Shown here: positions 54,944-64,000 of the stretch, piece by piece
Numbering within the stretch: the stretch's first letter is position 1
Layout of the letters: each line of letters starts with the position of its first letter
Assembly: GCA_902795435.1 (NCBI GenBank)
Contig: CADBLE010000001.1
Location: 9,754-73,753, forward strand
Length of the DNA stretch: 64,000 nucleotides
DNA from: an uncultured Pseudomonadota bacterium
GTDB taxonomy: Bacteria > Pseudomonadota > Alphaproteobacteria > Rs-D84
Direction of reading: 5' to 3'
Made by a program: the position numbers and the translations under genes
Notes under the pieces: model-generated
The model's input: only the letters and a program-made list of their open reading frames with translations
The model's database searches: none
What the model was told of the DNA's origin: nothing

Positions 54944-56044
54944 TTAATCGGAAATTTCTTCAACCATTTTATACAAGTCTTTAAATCTGTATATTGATGG
55001 GCTCTGACCAGTACCTCTTTCTTCTACTTCAAGAATTTTTTTATCTTCTAAGCTTTTTAACAGAGATCTTGCGGTACTTGCTTTGATCCCGGTTTTTTCT
55101 ATAAAATCGGTCGTTTTAAATTTAATTTGCTTAAACAAGAAGTTTAATATAGGTATACAAAACTGTGTTTTTAAATCCGATATTTCTTCTTCCGTTTTTC
55201 TTCTGATTTCTTTTAGTCGTCTAAGAGTGTTTGTTAATACAATGGTTTGTTGTTCTATCGCTGTTATGAAAAAATTAATCCAAGTTTGCCAGTCGTTTTC
55301 TTTTGATATTTTTTCTAATGCATTGATGTATTTTGTTCTGTTTATAGAAAAATAATAACTTATATAAAAATATGGTGTGGATAAGATATTATATTTTTTT
55401 AAGAGTATCGGTATCAAAATACGACCAACTCTACCATTTCCATCCTCAAAAGGGTGTATTAATTCAAAATACGCATGAATAATGGCAGTTTTTATTAAAA
55501 GGTTTTCTGAATGATTTGAGTTTATGAAGTCAATCAAGTTATTCATATATTCTTCTGTGTGCAAATATGATACAGGAGTATAAGTTATTTCACCGTCATA
55601 TTTATTGCCAATATAATTTTGTTTTTCTTTATATTTACCTTTTAATTTATCGCCACCCCTAGAATTCGTTAATATAATGGCCTGAATATTTTTAATCAAT
55701 CTACTCGTAATTTTAAAATTGTTATCTTCTGCTTCTTTTATGCAATAACCCAAAGCATCTTTATAATTTTCTATTTCTGTCGCGTCTTTTTCTAATCTTT
55801 CAGATAAATTCTTGCCAACTTTATAGTTTAAGATATCTGTAATTGTGGCTATAGTACCTTCTAATCTTGAAGACATTACAGATTCTTGATAAAAAAGTAT
55901 ACTTGTTAATACTTCTGGATAAGGAATAAATTCTACCATACCATCGTATTTAGCTAATTTCAATAAAGCACTATTAGTATTTTCAGAAAAAGATATATCT
56001 GTCAATATATCTGGAAATTTTTTTAATACAAAAGAATTTGTCAT
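54944..56044 (-). CDS. Fic-family protein (class II, N-terminal inhibitory helix) with C-terminal winged-helix
   Basis: Fic motif HPFEDGNGRVGR. The N-terminal SSRLEG fits the (S/T)xxxE(G/N) inhibitory motif. The C-terminal ARSLLKSLEDKKILEVEERG is wHTH-like. Confidence 0.85.
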   Translation of the reverse strand: MTNSFVLKKFPDILTDISFSENTNSALLKLAKYDGMVEFIPYPEVLTSILFYQESVMSSRLEGTIATITDILNYKVGKNLSERLEKDATEIENYKDALGYCIKEAEDNNFKITSRLIKNIQAIILTNSRGGDKLKGKYKEKQNYIGNKYDGEITYTPVSYLHTEEYMNNLIDFINSNHSENLLIKTAIIHAYFELIHPFEDGNGRVGRILIPILLKKYNILSTPYFYISYYFSINRTKYINALEKISKENDWQTWINFFITAIEQQTIVLTNTLRRLKEIRRKTEEEISDLKTQFCIPILNFLFKQIKFKTTDFIEKTGIKASTARSLLKSLEDKKILEVEERGTGQSPSIYRFKDLYKMVEEISD

Positions 56045-56214
56045 TATAAGACCTTTTATTACAATATTAGCAAAACCAGTTGCTTATATTATAAAATAAG
56101 CAATAGAATTAGTCAACATTATAATATAAGCAATTATTTGGTTCGAAAGCGTTGATAAAGAGATAATTTTTCTAAAAATTACTTTCGAACTCACTCAACC
56201 TTTGTATTCCAAAC

Positions 56215-56243
56215 AAAAAACGCCCCAGTGGGCATTTTGTTAA
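56215..56243 (-). terminator. Rho-independent terminator downstream of tRNA-Gln
   Basis: On the minus strand: GCCC-ACTG-GGGC followed by GTTTTTTGTTT. Confidence 0.45.
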
Positions 56244-56246
56244 CTG

Positions 56247-56320
56247 TGGTTGGAGCGCACGGATTCGAACCATGATAAAGAGAACCAAAATCTCTTGTCC
56301 TACCATTAGACGACGCTCCA
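56247..56320 (-). tRNA. tRNA-Gln (anticodon UUG), CCA encoded
   Basis: The reverse complement TGGAGCGTCGTCTAATGGTAGGACAAGAGATTTTGGTTCTCTTTATCATGGTTCGAATCCGTGCGCTCCAACCA folds into a cloverleaf with anticodon loop TTTTGGT. Confidence 0.88.
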
Positions 56321-56421
56321 AGGACTGTTGCTTATTATATATACTTTCTTTGCTTTTGCAATAAAAAATTTGGGGCAATAAAATTATTTGTGTAATTTAT
56401 TAAATTTTTTAATGTTTTTGC

Positions 56422-56449
56422 TTGACTTTGGTTTCTTTATAAATATAAT
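56422..56449 (+). promoter_or_regulatory. sigma70-type promoter for the marR-efflux operon
   Basis: TTGACT, 16-nt spacer, TATAAT. Confidence 0.55.
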
Positions 56450-56502
56450 CGTTAAAGTTTTTAATGATTTATTTTTTGAATAATCAAAAAAAGGAAAAAA
56501 CA

Positions 56503-56952
56503 ATGACCCATGCAGAAGTGTCAAAATTGATGGCTGAAAATATGCGTATAATTGGTAGATTATCCAGCAGATTACAGCCTATATTTGAAGAAACGTCCAG
56601 AAACAGCAGACAACAGATGTCTGTTTTGGTTCGTTTATATTTGGCCGGTAAAATTAAATTGAAAGATTTTGCCGCGAGAGAGGTTATTTCCACCGCTAAT
56701 TTATGCAGTGTTTTTCGCAAATTGGAACAAGACAAATTGGTTGTTCGTTCTGTGGATAAAAATGACCGCAGGGATACTTGGTATGAAGTCAGCAAATCAG
56801 GAAAAATAATGGCTGAAAAATTGTTGGATAAATTTTTAACCGCACTTGAATCTTTGTGCAAGGTTTTACCAGAAGAAGACGAAGATGCATTGGCGGAAAC
56901 GGTTAAAACTATGAACGGTATTTTGAAAAAGATGGAGATTGCAAATGCGTAA
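56503..56952 (+). CDS. MarR-family transcriptional regulator
   Basis: Start moved to ATG 56503. wHTH ...STANLCSVFRKLEQDKLVVRSVDKNDRRDTWYEVS. Confidence 0.75.
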   Translation: MTHAEVSKLMAENMRIIGRLSSRLQPIFEETSRNSRQQMSVLVRLYLAGKIKLKDFAAREVISTANLCSVFRKLEQDKLVVRSVDKNDRRDTWYEVSKSGKIMAEKLLDKFLTALESLCKVLPEEDEDALAETVKTMNGILKKMEIANA

Positions 56953-58258
56953 ATATTTATTTTGTATTTTATCTGGTTTAATGATTTTGCCAAATGCGTA
57001 TTCTATGGATTTGACATTGAATGATGCGATAGACAAAATTGTTGCGGAATCAAATGATGTTAAAACCGCTGATGCGAATATTAAAAAGGCCAAGGCGCAA
57101 TTACGCAGTGTCAATGCAAATCGTTGGATGTCAATTGATGCGACTGCGACATATATGAATTTGGTTGACCCAACCAACCCAAGCCGTTCCGAAGGTGTAA
57201 AAATTCCGTCTGAAATTGGTGCATTGATAAACAGTTCTTTGCCAATTCCATTAAAAGAAATTCCAGATAATATGTTTATGGCGGGTGTTAAAATTACACA
57301 ACCAATTTACACATTTGGAAAAATTGGACATGCTGTTGATGCAATGCATGATGCAATTGATATGTCTAAATCTGCAAAAGATTTAACTGTCAGAGAGGTT
57401 AAATATGCCGCTGCGAATTTATATTGGACTGCGAAAATGACAGATGGTATTGTTATGGCCAGCCAAAAAAATTTAGATAATGTTCGTGCTGCGAAAAAGA
57501 AATTGACCGCCGCGGGTCGTGCAAACAGAAGCAATTTGATTAAAATTGAATCTGATATTGCAGCAAAAGAAATAAATTTATCTGATGCCGAATTTAATCG
57601 TGATACCGCATACAGAATGTTAAAGATTATGGCGGGTATAGATATGGACGAAGAAATCAAATTGGTTGATGAAATTCCATCTAAATTTTCGGAAATAGAA
57701 GCGAAAGAATTAAAATCTAATCCAGAATGGGATATATATCAAAAACAAATAAAAATGTATGAATCAAATGCGTCATCTAAACGCGCCGGTGGTTATCCAA
57801 CATTGGCTGCGATGGCAGAATATGATTATTTTTCAATGGGAACAAAGATGGATAATATTTTTGCCAAAGAAGGTGACCAATCTGCGTATTGGGGTTTAGC
57901 GTTAAAGGTTCCTTTGTTTAACGGTGGTCTGCATTCTGCAAACGCAACAATAGAAGCGATGAATGCGGAATCTGCCCGTCAGGAATTAGATAAATCTAAA
58001 AAACTGAAAAGGGAAGAATACAATACTGCTGTGAAAAAATATAAACATTTGTGTTCTAATTTAGATAAATTGAACGAAGCGTATTCTTTGGCACAAAAGG
58101 CGTATGATGTTTCTGTGAATCGTTTTGCAGCCGGTCAAACATCTGCAATTGAATTGTCTGATGTTTCAAATGCTTTGTATCAAATGGATATGGCTTTATT
58201 AAATGCGAAATATAATATTTTGATGTCAAAAGAAACTGTTAAAAAATTAGGTGAATAA
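56945..58258 (+). CDS. TolC-like outer-membrane efflux channel
   Basis: Signal peptide ...LPNAYS and a two-fold repeat of helical/beta segments. Sits in the OMP position in the RND operon. ATG 56945 follows a GGAG RBS. Confidence 0.75.
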   Translation: MRKYLFCILSGLMILPNAYSMDLTLNDAIDKIVAESNDVKTADANIKKAKAQLRSVNANRWMSIDATATYMNLVDPTNPSRSEGVKIPSEIGALINSSLPIPLKEIPDNMFMAGVKITQPIYTFGKIGHAVDAMHDAIDMSKSAKDLTVREVKYAAANLYWTAKMTDGIVMASQKNLDNVRAAKKKLTAAGRANRSNLIKIESDIAAKEINLSDAEFNRDTAYRMLKIMAGIDMDEEIKLVDEIPSKFSEIEAKELKSNPEWDIYQKQIKMYESNASSKRAGGYPTLAAMAEYDYFSMGTKMDNIFAKEGDQSAYWGLALKVPLFNGGLHSANATIEAMNAESARQELDKSKKLKREEYNTAVKKYKHLCSNLDKLNEAYSLAQKAYDVSVNRFAAGQTSAIELSDVSNALYQMDMALLNAKYNILMSKETVKKLGE

Positions 58259-58259
58259 A

Positions 58260-58877
58260 ATGACAAAGACCGAAAGAATAGAAAACATTGTTAAAAAATT
58301 GAAAACTCGTAAATCTAAAAATGTGATTTATACGATTATAATTGCGCTGGTTATCGGGGCGTTTGCACACAGATTTTATATTTACGGTGTTGAACAAAAT
58401 ACAAAGGTATTTAATATCGCACGTGATAATATTGAAAATGGTCTGCCGGTTGATGTGTTGGAAATGCACAAAACAGATGGTATTTTATATGAACCTTTAA
58501 ATATTAAAAATAATCGCGCATTTGTTGATGGCAAACGCGTAAAATTATTCAAGGTGGGACAAAAAATTGGTAATTGCAAAATTGTGTCTGTTTCACAAAA
58601 CATAGACCTTGATTATGGTATGCATGTAATCAGAACAAAAAATTGTGAAAACGGTCTGCAAAATGTTGAATTAAATGCAAATGGTTTTTATGTGCCTGTA
58701 TCTGCAATTGTTGGTAATACTGTTTTTGTTGCAGACGGCGGAATTGCCCGTGCGCGTGAAATTGTTATATCTGGTCGTGATTCACAAAACGCATTGGTAA
58801 AATCAGGTTTAAATGATGGTGATATTGTCATTTTATCTGATGTTCGTGAAAACCAAAAAATCAAAATTGAAAAATAA
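58260..58877 (+). CDS. Unusually short periplasmic adaptor (membrane-fusion-protein-like, about 205 aa)
   Basis: N-terminal anchor, then beta-rich sequence ending GLNDGDIVILSD, typical of the MFP C-terminal barrel. No coiled-coil hairpin region is evident. Confidence 0.5.
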   Translation: MTKTERIENIVKKLKTRKSKNVIYTIIIALVIGAFAHRFYIYGVEQNTKVFNIARDNIENGLPVDVLEMHKTDGILYEPLNIKNNRAFVDGKRVKLFKVGQKIGNCKIVSVSQNIDLDYGMHVIRTKNCENGLQNVELNANGFYVPVSAIVGNTVFVADGGIARAREIVISGRDSQNALVKSGLNDGDIVILSDVRENQKIKIEK

Positions 58878-58895
58878 TATGTGGGGGAAAATAAA

Positions 58896-61800
58896 ATGTT
58901 AAAATTCTTTATTCGCAAACCTGTTACAACAATTATGTTTGTTTTGTTCTTTGTAATATTGGGAATTGTTTCTTTCCCAAAAATGAATATTGAAAGAACA
59001 CCATCTGTTGATTTTCCGTATGTGACGGCTACATTTGTTTATCCAGGTGCGTCCAGTGAAGAAATTGAAAGCCAGGTTGTAAAAAAGGCAGAAAATGCAA
59101 TGTCAGAAGTTGCAGGTGTGAAAAAAATCACAACTTCTGTGTATGAAAATTCTGCATTTGTGGTGGCTGAATTTAATTTGGGTGTAAATGTAGATGATAA
59201 AGCGAATGAAGTAAAAGCAAAGATAGACGGGTTGGCCAATGATTTCCCAGATGATTTGAAACAACCTGTGATTGCGAAATTGAATCCTTTGCAACAGGCG
59301 GTTTTGGATATTGTTATCAAGGGTGGTAATCCAAAAGATATTAAAAAATATATAGATGATACATTGTCTAATAAATTGACATCTGTAAAAGGTGTTGCGT
59401 CCGTTGATACTTTCGGTGGTCGCGAAAGGGCAATTCGTATTTCTATGGACCCAGATTTAATGGCTGCGCATGGTGTAACGATAAACGACATTGTGAATGC
59501 AATTGCTATGCGTAATTTAAATGTGCCAGGCGGAAAAATAGAAACAAATATAAATTCTGAAAATGTCAGATTTGTTGGGGAATTTCAATCTGTTGATGAA
59601 ATCGCAAATCTTGAAATAACAACAGCCGAAGGCGAAACTTTCAAATTGTCTGCTGTGGCAAATGTCAGAGATGAAATGCGTGATATTGAAAAAGGTGCAA
59701 GATATAACGGTGAAAATGTTGTTATTATGTCTATTGTGAAAGCATCTGATGGTAACGCGATAAAAATATCAAAGGCATTGCATCAAAAATTGCCAGAATT
59801 AGAAGCGGTAATGCAACAAAAATTCCCAGATACCACAATGGAAATTGTGTTTGATTCATCTATCCATGTTTCAGATGATACAAAAGATACAATCAATGGT
59901 ATTATTTTGGGTGTTATATTCACAATTATTGTTTTGTTGGCTTTCACCAGAAATTGGCGCTCAACAATTATTGCGGGTGTTGTGATTCCTGCGTCTTTGT
60001 TGTCTGGTTTCTTTTTAATGAATGGTTCTGGATTTACTATCAATGCGATGACTCTGTTAGCGTATGCAACGGCACTTGGGACATTGGTATCAAATGCTAT
60101 TATTTTGATTGAATCTGCATTGACCGAATTACGCGCAGGTAAAACCCCAGACGAAGCCGCAGAACAAGGAACCAAGAAAGTTGCAGTTCCAGTATTGGCG
60201 GGTGTTGGAACAAATGTTGTGGTGTTCTTGCCTTTGGCATTTATGGGTGGAATTGCCGGTCAATTTATGTTGCAATTCGGTATGACAGTTGTGTATTTAA
60301 CTTTGTTGTCTTTGCTGTTTTCTTTCACATTGACACCTATGATGATTGCGAAATTGTTGAGATTGCCACGCAAACAACAAACAAAAAAAGATATCAAAGA
60401 ATTGAAAGAACACAATGATGCGACAAGATTACATTCGTGGTATGAATATCAATATAAGCATCCTTTCTTTGTCATATTGGGTGCAATTGGTGTTTTAATT
60501 ATGTCTGCGCAATTGGTTGGTTTTGTTGGAAATGAATTTTCACCATCAACAGATGCAAATGAAATCACTATCAAAGCGCGCACCCCAATGGGCAGTGTTT
60601 ATGCAAAATCTGAATCTGTGGCAAAACAGATAGAAGAAAAATTGAAACAATTCCCAGAGGTTGAATCTACAACTGTAAAAATCGGGGAACGCGGTTTGGA
60701 AAATATCAATGTCAAAGTTTCTTTGGTTGATGTAGAAAAAAGAAATATATCTGATAAAAAATTGGCACAAAAAATATTGCCAACATTGTCAGATATCAAA
60801 GATGCAGAAATCCAAATTCGTGCAGGGGAAGCAATCTCTGGTTCTGCCATCAGTTCCGATATGGTTTTGAATATCTATGGTGATGATGATGTGAAAAGAA
60901 AAGCATACGCAAACCAAGTCTTGGATATGATAAACCAAATTGAAGCGGTACAGAGTGCTGTTATCGCACAACAAGAACCAAGTAACGAAATTCGTTTTGT
61001 TCCAAATGATGAAAAAATGAATTTCTGGGGTGTGAAAAATGCCCAGGCAGGTTCTACTCTGCGTACTGCTTTGTTTGGAAACGATAATTATAAATACAAA
61101 GAAAAAGGTGACGAATACCCAATTATTTTGGAATTTGATAAACAATATAAAAAACAAACTATGTTCGAAAATGTTTATGTAAATTCACACAAAGGTATGG
61201 TTGCGTTATCTCAATTAGGACAAATAGAAAGTGTTCCTGCAACATCTAATATAAACCGTTTGGATAAAAGTCGTGTGACAGAAATAGATATAAATATTGG
61301 TAAATCAACATTGGGCCCAGTACAAAATGAAATCCAAAATAAATTAGATTCTATAAAATGGGAACCAGGTTATCGTGCGTCTTTCGCAGGTATGTCTGAA
61401 ATCCAAGAAGAAACAAATGGTGAAATTGGTCAGGCGTTCTTGTTGGCTACGATTTTGACATTTATGTTGTTGGCCGCGATTATGAATTCTTTGATTCATC
61501 CATTTACAATTGCAACATCTATCATAACCAGTTTTGCCGGTGTGTTTGTTGTATTGTTCTTGTCGGGTGCTTCATTGAATATTGGTGCTATGTTAGCATT
61601 CATTATGTTGGTTGGTTTGGTGGTGAATAACAATATTCTTGTTTTGGAACCAACGGTTGCACGTGTCCAAAATGGCGAAGATGCAAAAACAGTATTGTGG
61701 CAAGAATTGATGGATAAAAAACGTATGATTTGGATGACTACTATCGCAGTTGTTGCGGGTATGGTTCCACAATTATGGGCAAATGACGGTATGAAGGTTG

Positions 61801-61922
61801 CGATGGGTGCAGTTATGATTGGTGGTATGTGTGCATCTTTGGTTTGGACTTTCTCGCTGACCCCAGCATTGTTCTTTGTTATGGAAAAATTGCGTATAAA
61901 ATTATCCAGATTTAAAAGATAA
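58896..61922 (+). CDS. RND-family efflux transporter (AcrB-like)
   Basis: About 1008 aa. N-terminus MLKFFIRKPVTTIMFVLFFVILG, 12 TM helices in a 1+5/1+5 arrangement, and two large periplasmic loops. Confidence 0.88.
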   Translation: MLKFFIRKPVTTIMFVLFFVILGIVSFPKMNIERTPSVDFPYVTATFVYPGASSEEIESQVVKKAENAMSEVAGVKKITTSVYENSAFVVAEFNLGVNVDDKANEVKAKIDGLANDFPDDLKQPVIAKLNPLQQAVLDIVIKGGNPKDIKKYIDDTLSNKLTSVKGVASVDTFGGRERAIRISMDPDLMAAHGVTINDIVNAIAMRNLNVPGGKIETNINSENVRFVGEFQSVDEIANLEITTAEGETFKLSAVANVRDEMRDIEKGARYNGENVVIMSIVKASDGNAIKISKALHQKLPELEAVMQQKFPDTTMEIVFDSSIHVSDDTKDTINGIILGVIFTIIVLLAFTRNWRSTIIAGVVIPASLLSGFFLMNGSGFTINAMTLLAYATALGTLVSNAIILIESALTELRAGKTPDEAAEQGTKKVAVPVLAGVGTNVVVFLPLAFMGGIAGQFMLQFGMTVVYLTLLSLLFSFTLTPMMIAKLLRLPRKQQTKKDIKELKEHNDATRLHSWYEYQYKHPFFVILGAIGVLIMSAQLVGFVGNEFSPSTDANEITIKARTPMGSVYAKSESVAKQIEEKLKQFPEVESTTVKIGERGLENINVKVSLVDVEKRNISDKKLAQKILPTLSDIKDAEIQIRAGEAISGSAISSDMVLNIYGDDDVKRKAYANQVLDMINQIEAVQSAVIAQQEPSNEIRFVPNDEKMNFWGVKNAQAGSTLRTALFGNDNYKYKEKGDEYPIILEFDKQYKKQTMFENVYVNSHKGMVALSQLGQIESVPATSNINRLDKSRVTEIDINIGKSTLGPVQNEIQNKLDSIKWEPGYRASFAGMSEIQEETNGEIGQAFLLATILTFMLLAAIMNSLIHPFTIATSIITSFAGVFVVLFLSGASLNIGAMLAFIMLVGLVVNNNILVLEPTVARVQNGEDAKTVLWQELMDKKRMIWMTTIAVVAGMVPQLWANDGMKVAMGAVMIGGMCASLVWTFSLTPALFFVMEKLRIKLSRFKR

Positions 61923-61985
61923 AAACCATACTTGATATTTTGTCTTTTTGGGCTATATTTTATGTGTGAATAAAATCAGGATAAA

Positions 61986-62642
61986 ATGAAGAAAGAAATA
62001 TTTATAAATGATGTTAAAACCGCTGGGGCTGTGGTTGGTGCTGCATTGGTGTTGAATGCGTGCAGTGGTGATAGGACATTGTCTGAAAAACAAATGCAAA
62101 CTGTCTATCACAAAACAGACAGTGCGGTGAATGCCAATAATCATTACAGGGTTGCACGCGCTATGAATGATATAGCGGGTAAAAAAATAAATGAATATCG
62201 TGCAAAAAATAAATCTTTGGTAAAAAGATATTCTTTATCTTATATTAAATCGGCAATCAAAGAAGAAAAATTGTATAAATTTATGATGACTGCTTTGAAA
62301 TACGAAACAATGGCATTGGATAGTGATGTCATAGTTGATTCCGAAGATTATATTGATCGTGGCGAAAGAAATACTGAAATAAATTATATTCGCAGAAACG
62401 AAAGATGGTTTAATGATTTGATGTTATATTTATCTGGTAAATATGATGATAAACAATTGTTAAACAGTGAATTTTTCAAAACTATCAAAGATAAAAATTT
62501 AAGACAATGTTTTGAAGATAACATAAAACAGATTGAAAAAATGTCTGTTATTGAAAAAGATACAGAAGATGTTCAGAAAAATATTTACACAAAATATCTG
62601 GACGAATATAAATCAGAAGAAATAAAAACAAGAAAGAGATAA
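61986..62642 (+). CDS. Hypothetical lipoprotein
   Basis: Lipobox LVLNAC at residues about 21-26. Confidence 0.55.
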   Translation: MKKEIFINDVKTAGAVVGAALVLNACSGDRTLSEKQMQTVYHKTDSAVNANNHYRVARAMNDIAGKKINEYRAKNKSLVKRYSLSYIKSAIKEEKLYKFMMTALKYETMALDSDVIVDSEDYIDRGERNTEINYIRRNERWFNDLMLYLSGKYDDKQLLNSEFFKTIKDKNLRQCFEDNIKQIEKMSVIEKDTEDVQKNIYTKYLDEYKSEEIKTRKR

Positions 62643-62646
62643 AATT

Positions 62647-63243
62647 ATGTTACAGAAAGTAAATGTAGTGGTTTTTGATTTTGATGGCACATTGTCAGCA
62701 AGTGATTCTAATTATGAATTTGGAAAATATTGTTTTAAACATTCAATTCGTCCTTGGTTCTTTTTACCAATGATTTTTGTTGCACAAATCGGCAAAATAT
62801 TGAATCCAGATGGAATTTGGTGGCGTCAAACTATGCGCAGATTTTTAACAGAAAACATGGTCAAAGAATTATCTGGAAATTTAATTGCTGAACACAAACA
62901 AAGACGTTTCGGTTGGGCCAAAGACCAGGTCGCAAAAGAAAGAAAAAACGGCAACAAAGTTGTTTTGATTTCAGCCAGCACAAATTATATGATTCCTAAA
63001 TTGGTTTCCGATATGAAATTTGATGCGGTTTTGACTTCTCAAATGGAACAATCAAAACCGTGGAAATATAAATTTTTATGTTGGGGAAATAATAAAGTAA
63101 TCGCATTGGATAATTGGGCAAAAGAAAACAAATATATTCCAAATGTGGTTCGTGCTTATTCGGACAGTAAATCTGATTTACCAATCATGGAAATCGCAAA
63201 AGAACAGGTTTGGATAGATAAAAGAACAGGACTCAGGAAATAA
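62647..63243 (+). CDS. HAD-IB-like phosphatase
   Basis: VVFDFDGTLS motif I, ISASTNY motif II, YSDSKSDLP motif IV. Confidence 0.65.
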   Translation: MLQKVNVVVFDFDGTLSASDSNYEFGKYCFKHSIRPWFFLPMIFVAQIGKILNPDGIWWRQTMRRFLTENMVKELSGNLIAEHKQRRFGWAKDQVAKERKNGNKVVLISASTNYMIPKLVSDMKFDAVLTSQMEQSKPWKYKFLCWGNNKVIALDNWAKENKYIPNVVRAYSDSKSDLPIMEIAKEQVWIDKRTGLRK

Positions 63244-63246
63244 TTG

Positions 63247-63274
63247 AAAAAAGCCACTTTTTGTGGCTTTTTTA
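63247..63274 (+). terminator. Rho-independent terminator
   Basis: GCCAC-TTTTT-GTGGC plus T-run. Confidence 0.6.
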
Positions 63275-63289
63275 TTTTTGCCTCGCAAC

Positions 63290-63317
63290 TTGATATTTGG
63301 GTTTTTTAGTGTATAAT
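63290..63317 (+). promoter_or_regulatory. sigma70-type promoter for rmuC
   Basis: TTGATA, 16-nt spacer, TG-extended TATAAT. Confidence 0.5.
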
Positions 63318-63337
63318 TCCGCAAAAGGGGTGTAGAT

Positions 63338-64000
63338 ATGGATATGATTAGTTTTTTTGTTGGTTCTGGTATTGGCATTATCATTGGTATAATGGCTGTT
63401 TTGTTGTTTCGTAAAAACAATAATAATTCTGCCCTGGAATTAGAACGTGCCCGGGCTATTGTTATGAATCAAAAACAAGAATTGGATAAATTACGCCTTG
63501 ATAACCAAGAATTAAATCGCGAAGCCGCATCAAGAAAACAAGAAGTCGAAACATTAAAAGATGTTCGTGATAAAATGTTAAATGATTTCAAGATTATATC
63601 TGCAGATTTAATGGAAAAACAGAAAGAATCTGTTGTTGGAACACAAAAAACTGTGTTGGGGCCAATGCAGGAACAAATGCAAAAATTGAAAGAAGGTTTT
63701 GAAAGTAAAATCACAGAAATTCTTAAAACAACTTCTGCGAACAAAGCAAGCATTGATGAACAAATAAAAAATATGTTGTCGCACAGTGATTCTTTGCAGA
63801 AAGAAGCAAATAATCTTGCAAATGCACTTAAAAACAAAAAGACCCAGGGTTGTTGGGGTGAATTATATTTGGAAAATATTTTACAAATGTTGGGCATGGT
63901 CGAAGGTGTAGATTATACCCGCGAAGAATTTTTCCGTGTTGAACAAGATGATGATGAAAAAAAGAAAAATATTCGTCCTGACTTTATTGTGAATTTGCCA
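63338..64000 (+). CDS. rmuC: DNA recombination protein RmuC (3' end outside window)
   Basis: Hand translation gives an N-terminal TM segment, a long coiled coil, then KKTQGCWGELYLENILQMLGM...IRPDFIVNLP, the RmuC signature. It is not in the ORF track because no stop codon is reached. Confidence 0.8.
   Translation, partial: MDMISFFVGSGIGIIIGIMAVLLFRKNNNNSALELERARAIVMNQKQELDKLRLDNQELNREAASRKQEVETLKDVRDKMLNDFKIISADLMEKQKESVVGTQKTVLGPMQEQMQKLKEGFESKITEILKTTSANKASIDEQIKNMLSHSDSLQKEANNLANALKNKKTQGCWGELYLENILQMLGMVEGVDYTREEFFRVEQDDDEKKKNIRPDFIVNLP

Noticed and set aside
56172-56378. 68-aa ORF overlapping tRNA-Gln. Likewise the 64-aa ORF 30351..30545(+).
   Set aside because: The first is the reverse-strand reading of a canonical tRNA gene. 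The second is the antisense of rpmH (L34), whose translation is unmistakable.
1-64000. Transposases, integrases, prophage genes, rRNA operons, toxin-antitoxin pairs
   Set aside because: None of the ORFs of 60 aa or more shows DDE, tyrosine or serine recombinase, capsid, terminase or classic TA motifs. No 16S/23S/5S-like sequence was noticed. The only mobility hints are the tRNA-adjacent islets and the repeated hairpin described above.

Overview
AT-rich window (GC roughly mid-30s % by eye, standard genetic code) from a Gram-negative, probably alphaproteobacterium-like genome. Support for that placement: the short alphaproteobacterial form of ArgC, Cys-less L31, L27 without an N-terminal extension, a MerR-type 'LRYWE' regulator, and a TolC/RND efflux system. 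All family calls come from motifs read by eye; no database search was run.

Housekeeping genes:
- rplU-rpmA, dnaQ, uvrD, rpmE
- PBP1A, then mraY-ftsW-murG
- comF, valS, an acyl-ACP thioesterase
- rpmH (50 aa, missed by the ORF track), gyrA
- an argCJBD operon, marR-tolC-MFP-RND, and rmuC (open at the window end)
- two tRNAs: Glu-CUC and Gln-UUG

Accessory content, which stands out:
1. Five tandem paralogues of a VirB6/TrbL-like polytopic membrane protein, with no other T4SS gene nearby.
2. A duplicated, translationally coupled two-gene cassette. Gene 1 is a small-residue/glycine-zipper-like exported protein. Gene 2 is an exported protein with a weakly conserved N-terminal motif and a different C-terminal cargo in each copy. 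One cargo is ankyrin repeats. The other is 1195 aa: a Cys-rich region, TM segments, 11-aa and 55-aa tandem repeats, and a J-domain.
3. A second J-domain gene in an operon with an HExxH protein and a Cys/His transglutaminase-like protein.
4. An autoinhibited class II Fic protein next to tRNA-Gln.
5. A five-fold zinc-ribbon / PD-(D/E)XK / HTH homing-endonuclease-like gene next to tRNA-Glu.
6. Several large Cys-rich exported proteins.
7. A sharp 114-nt GC-rich patch inside one of those genes.

No CRISPR array, transposase, rRNA or prophage was seen.
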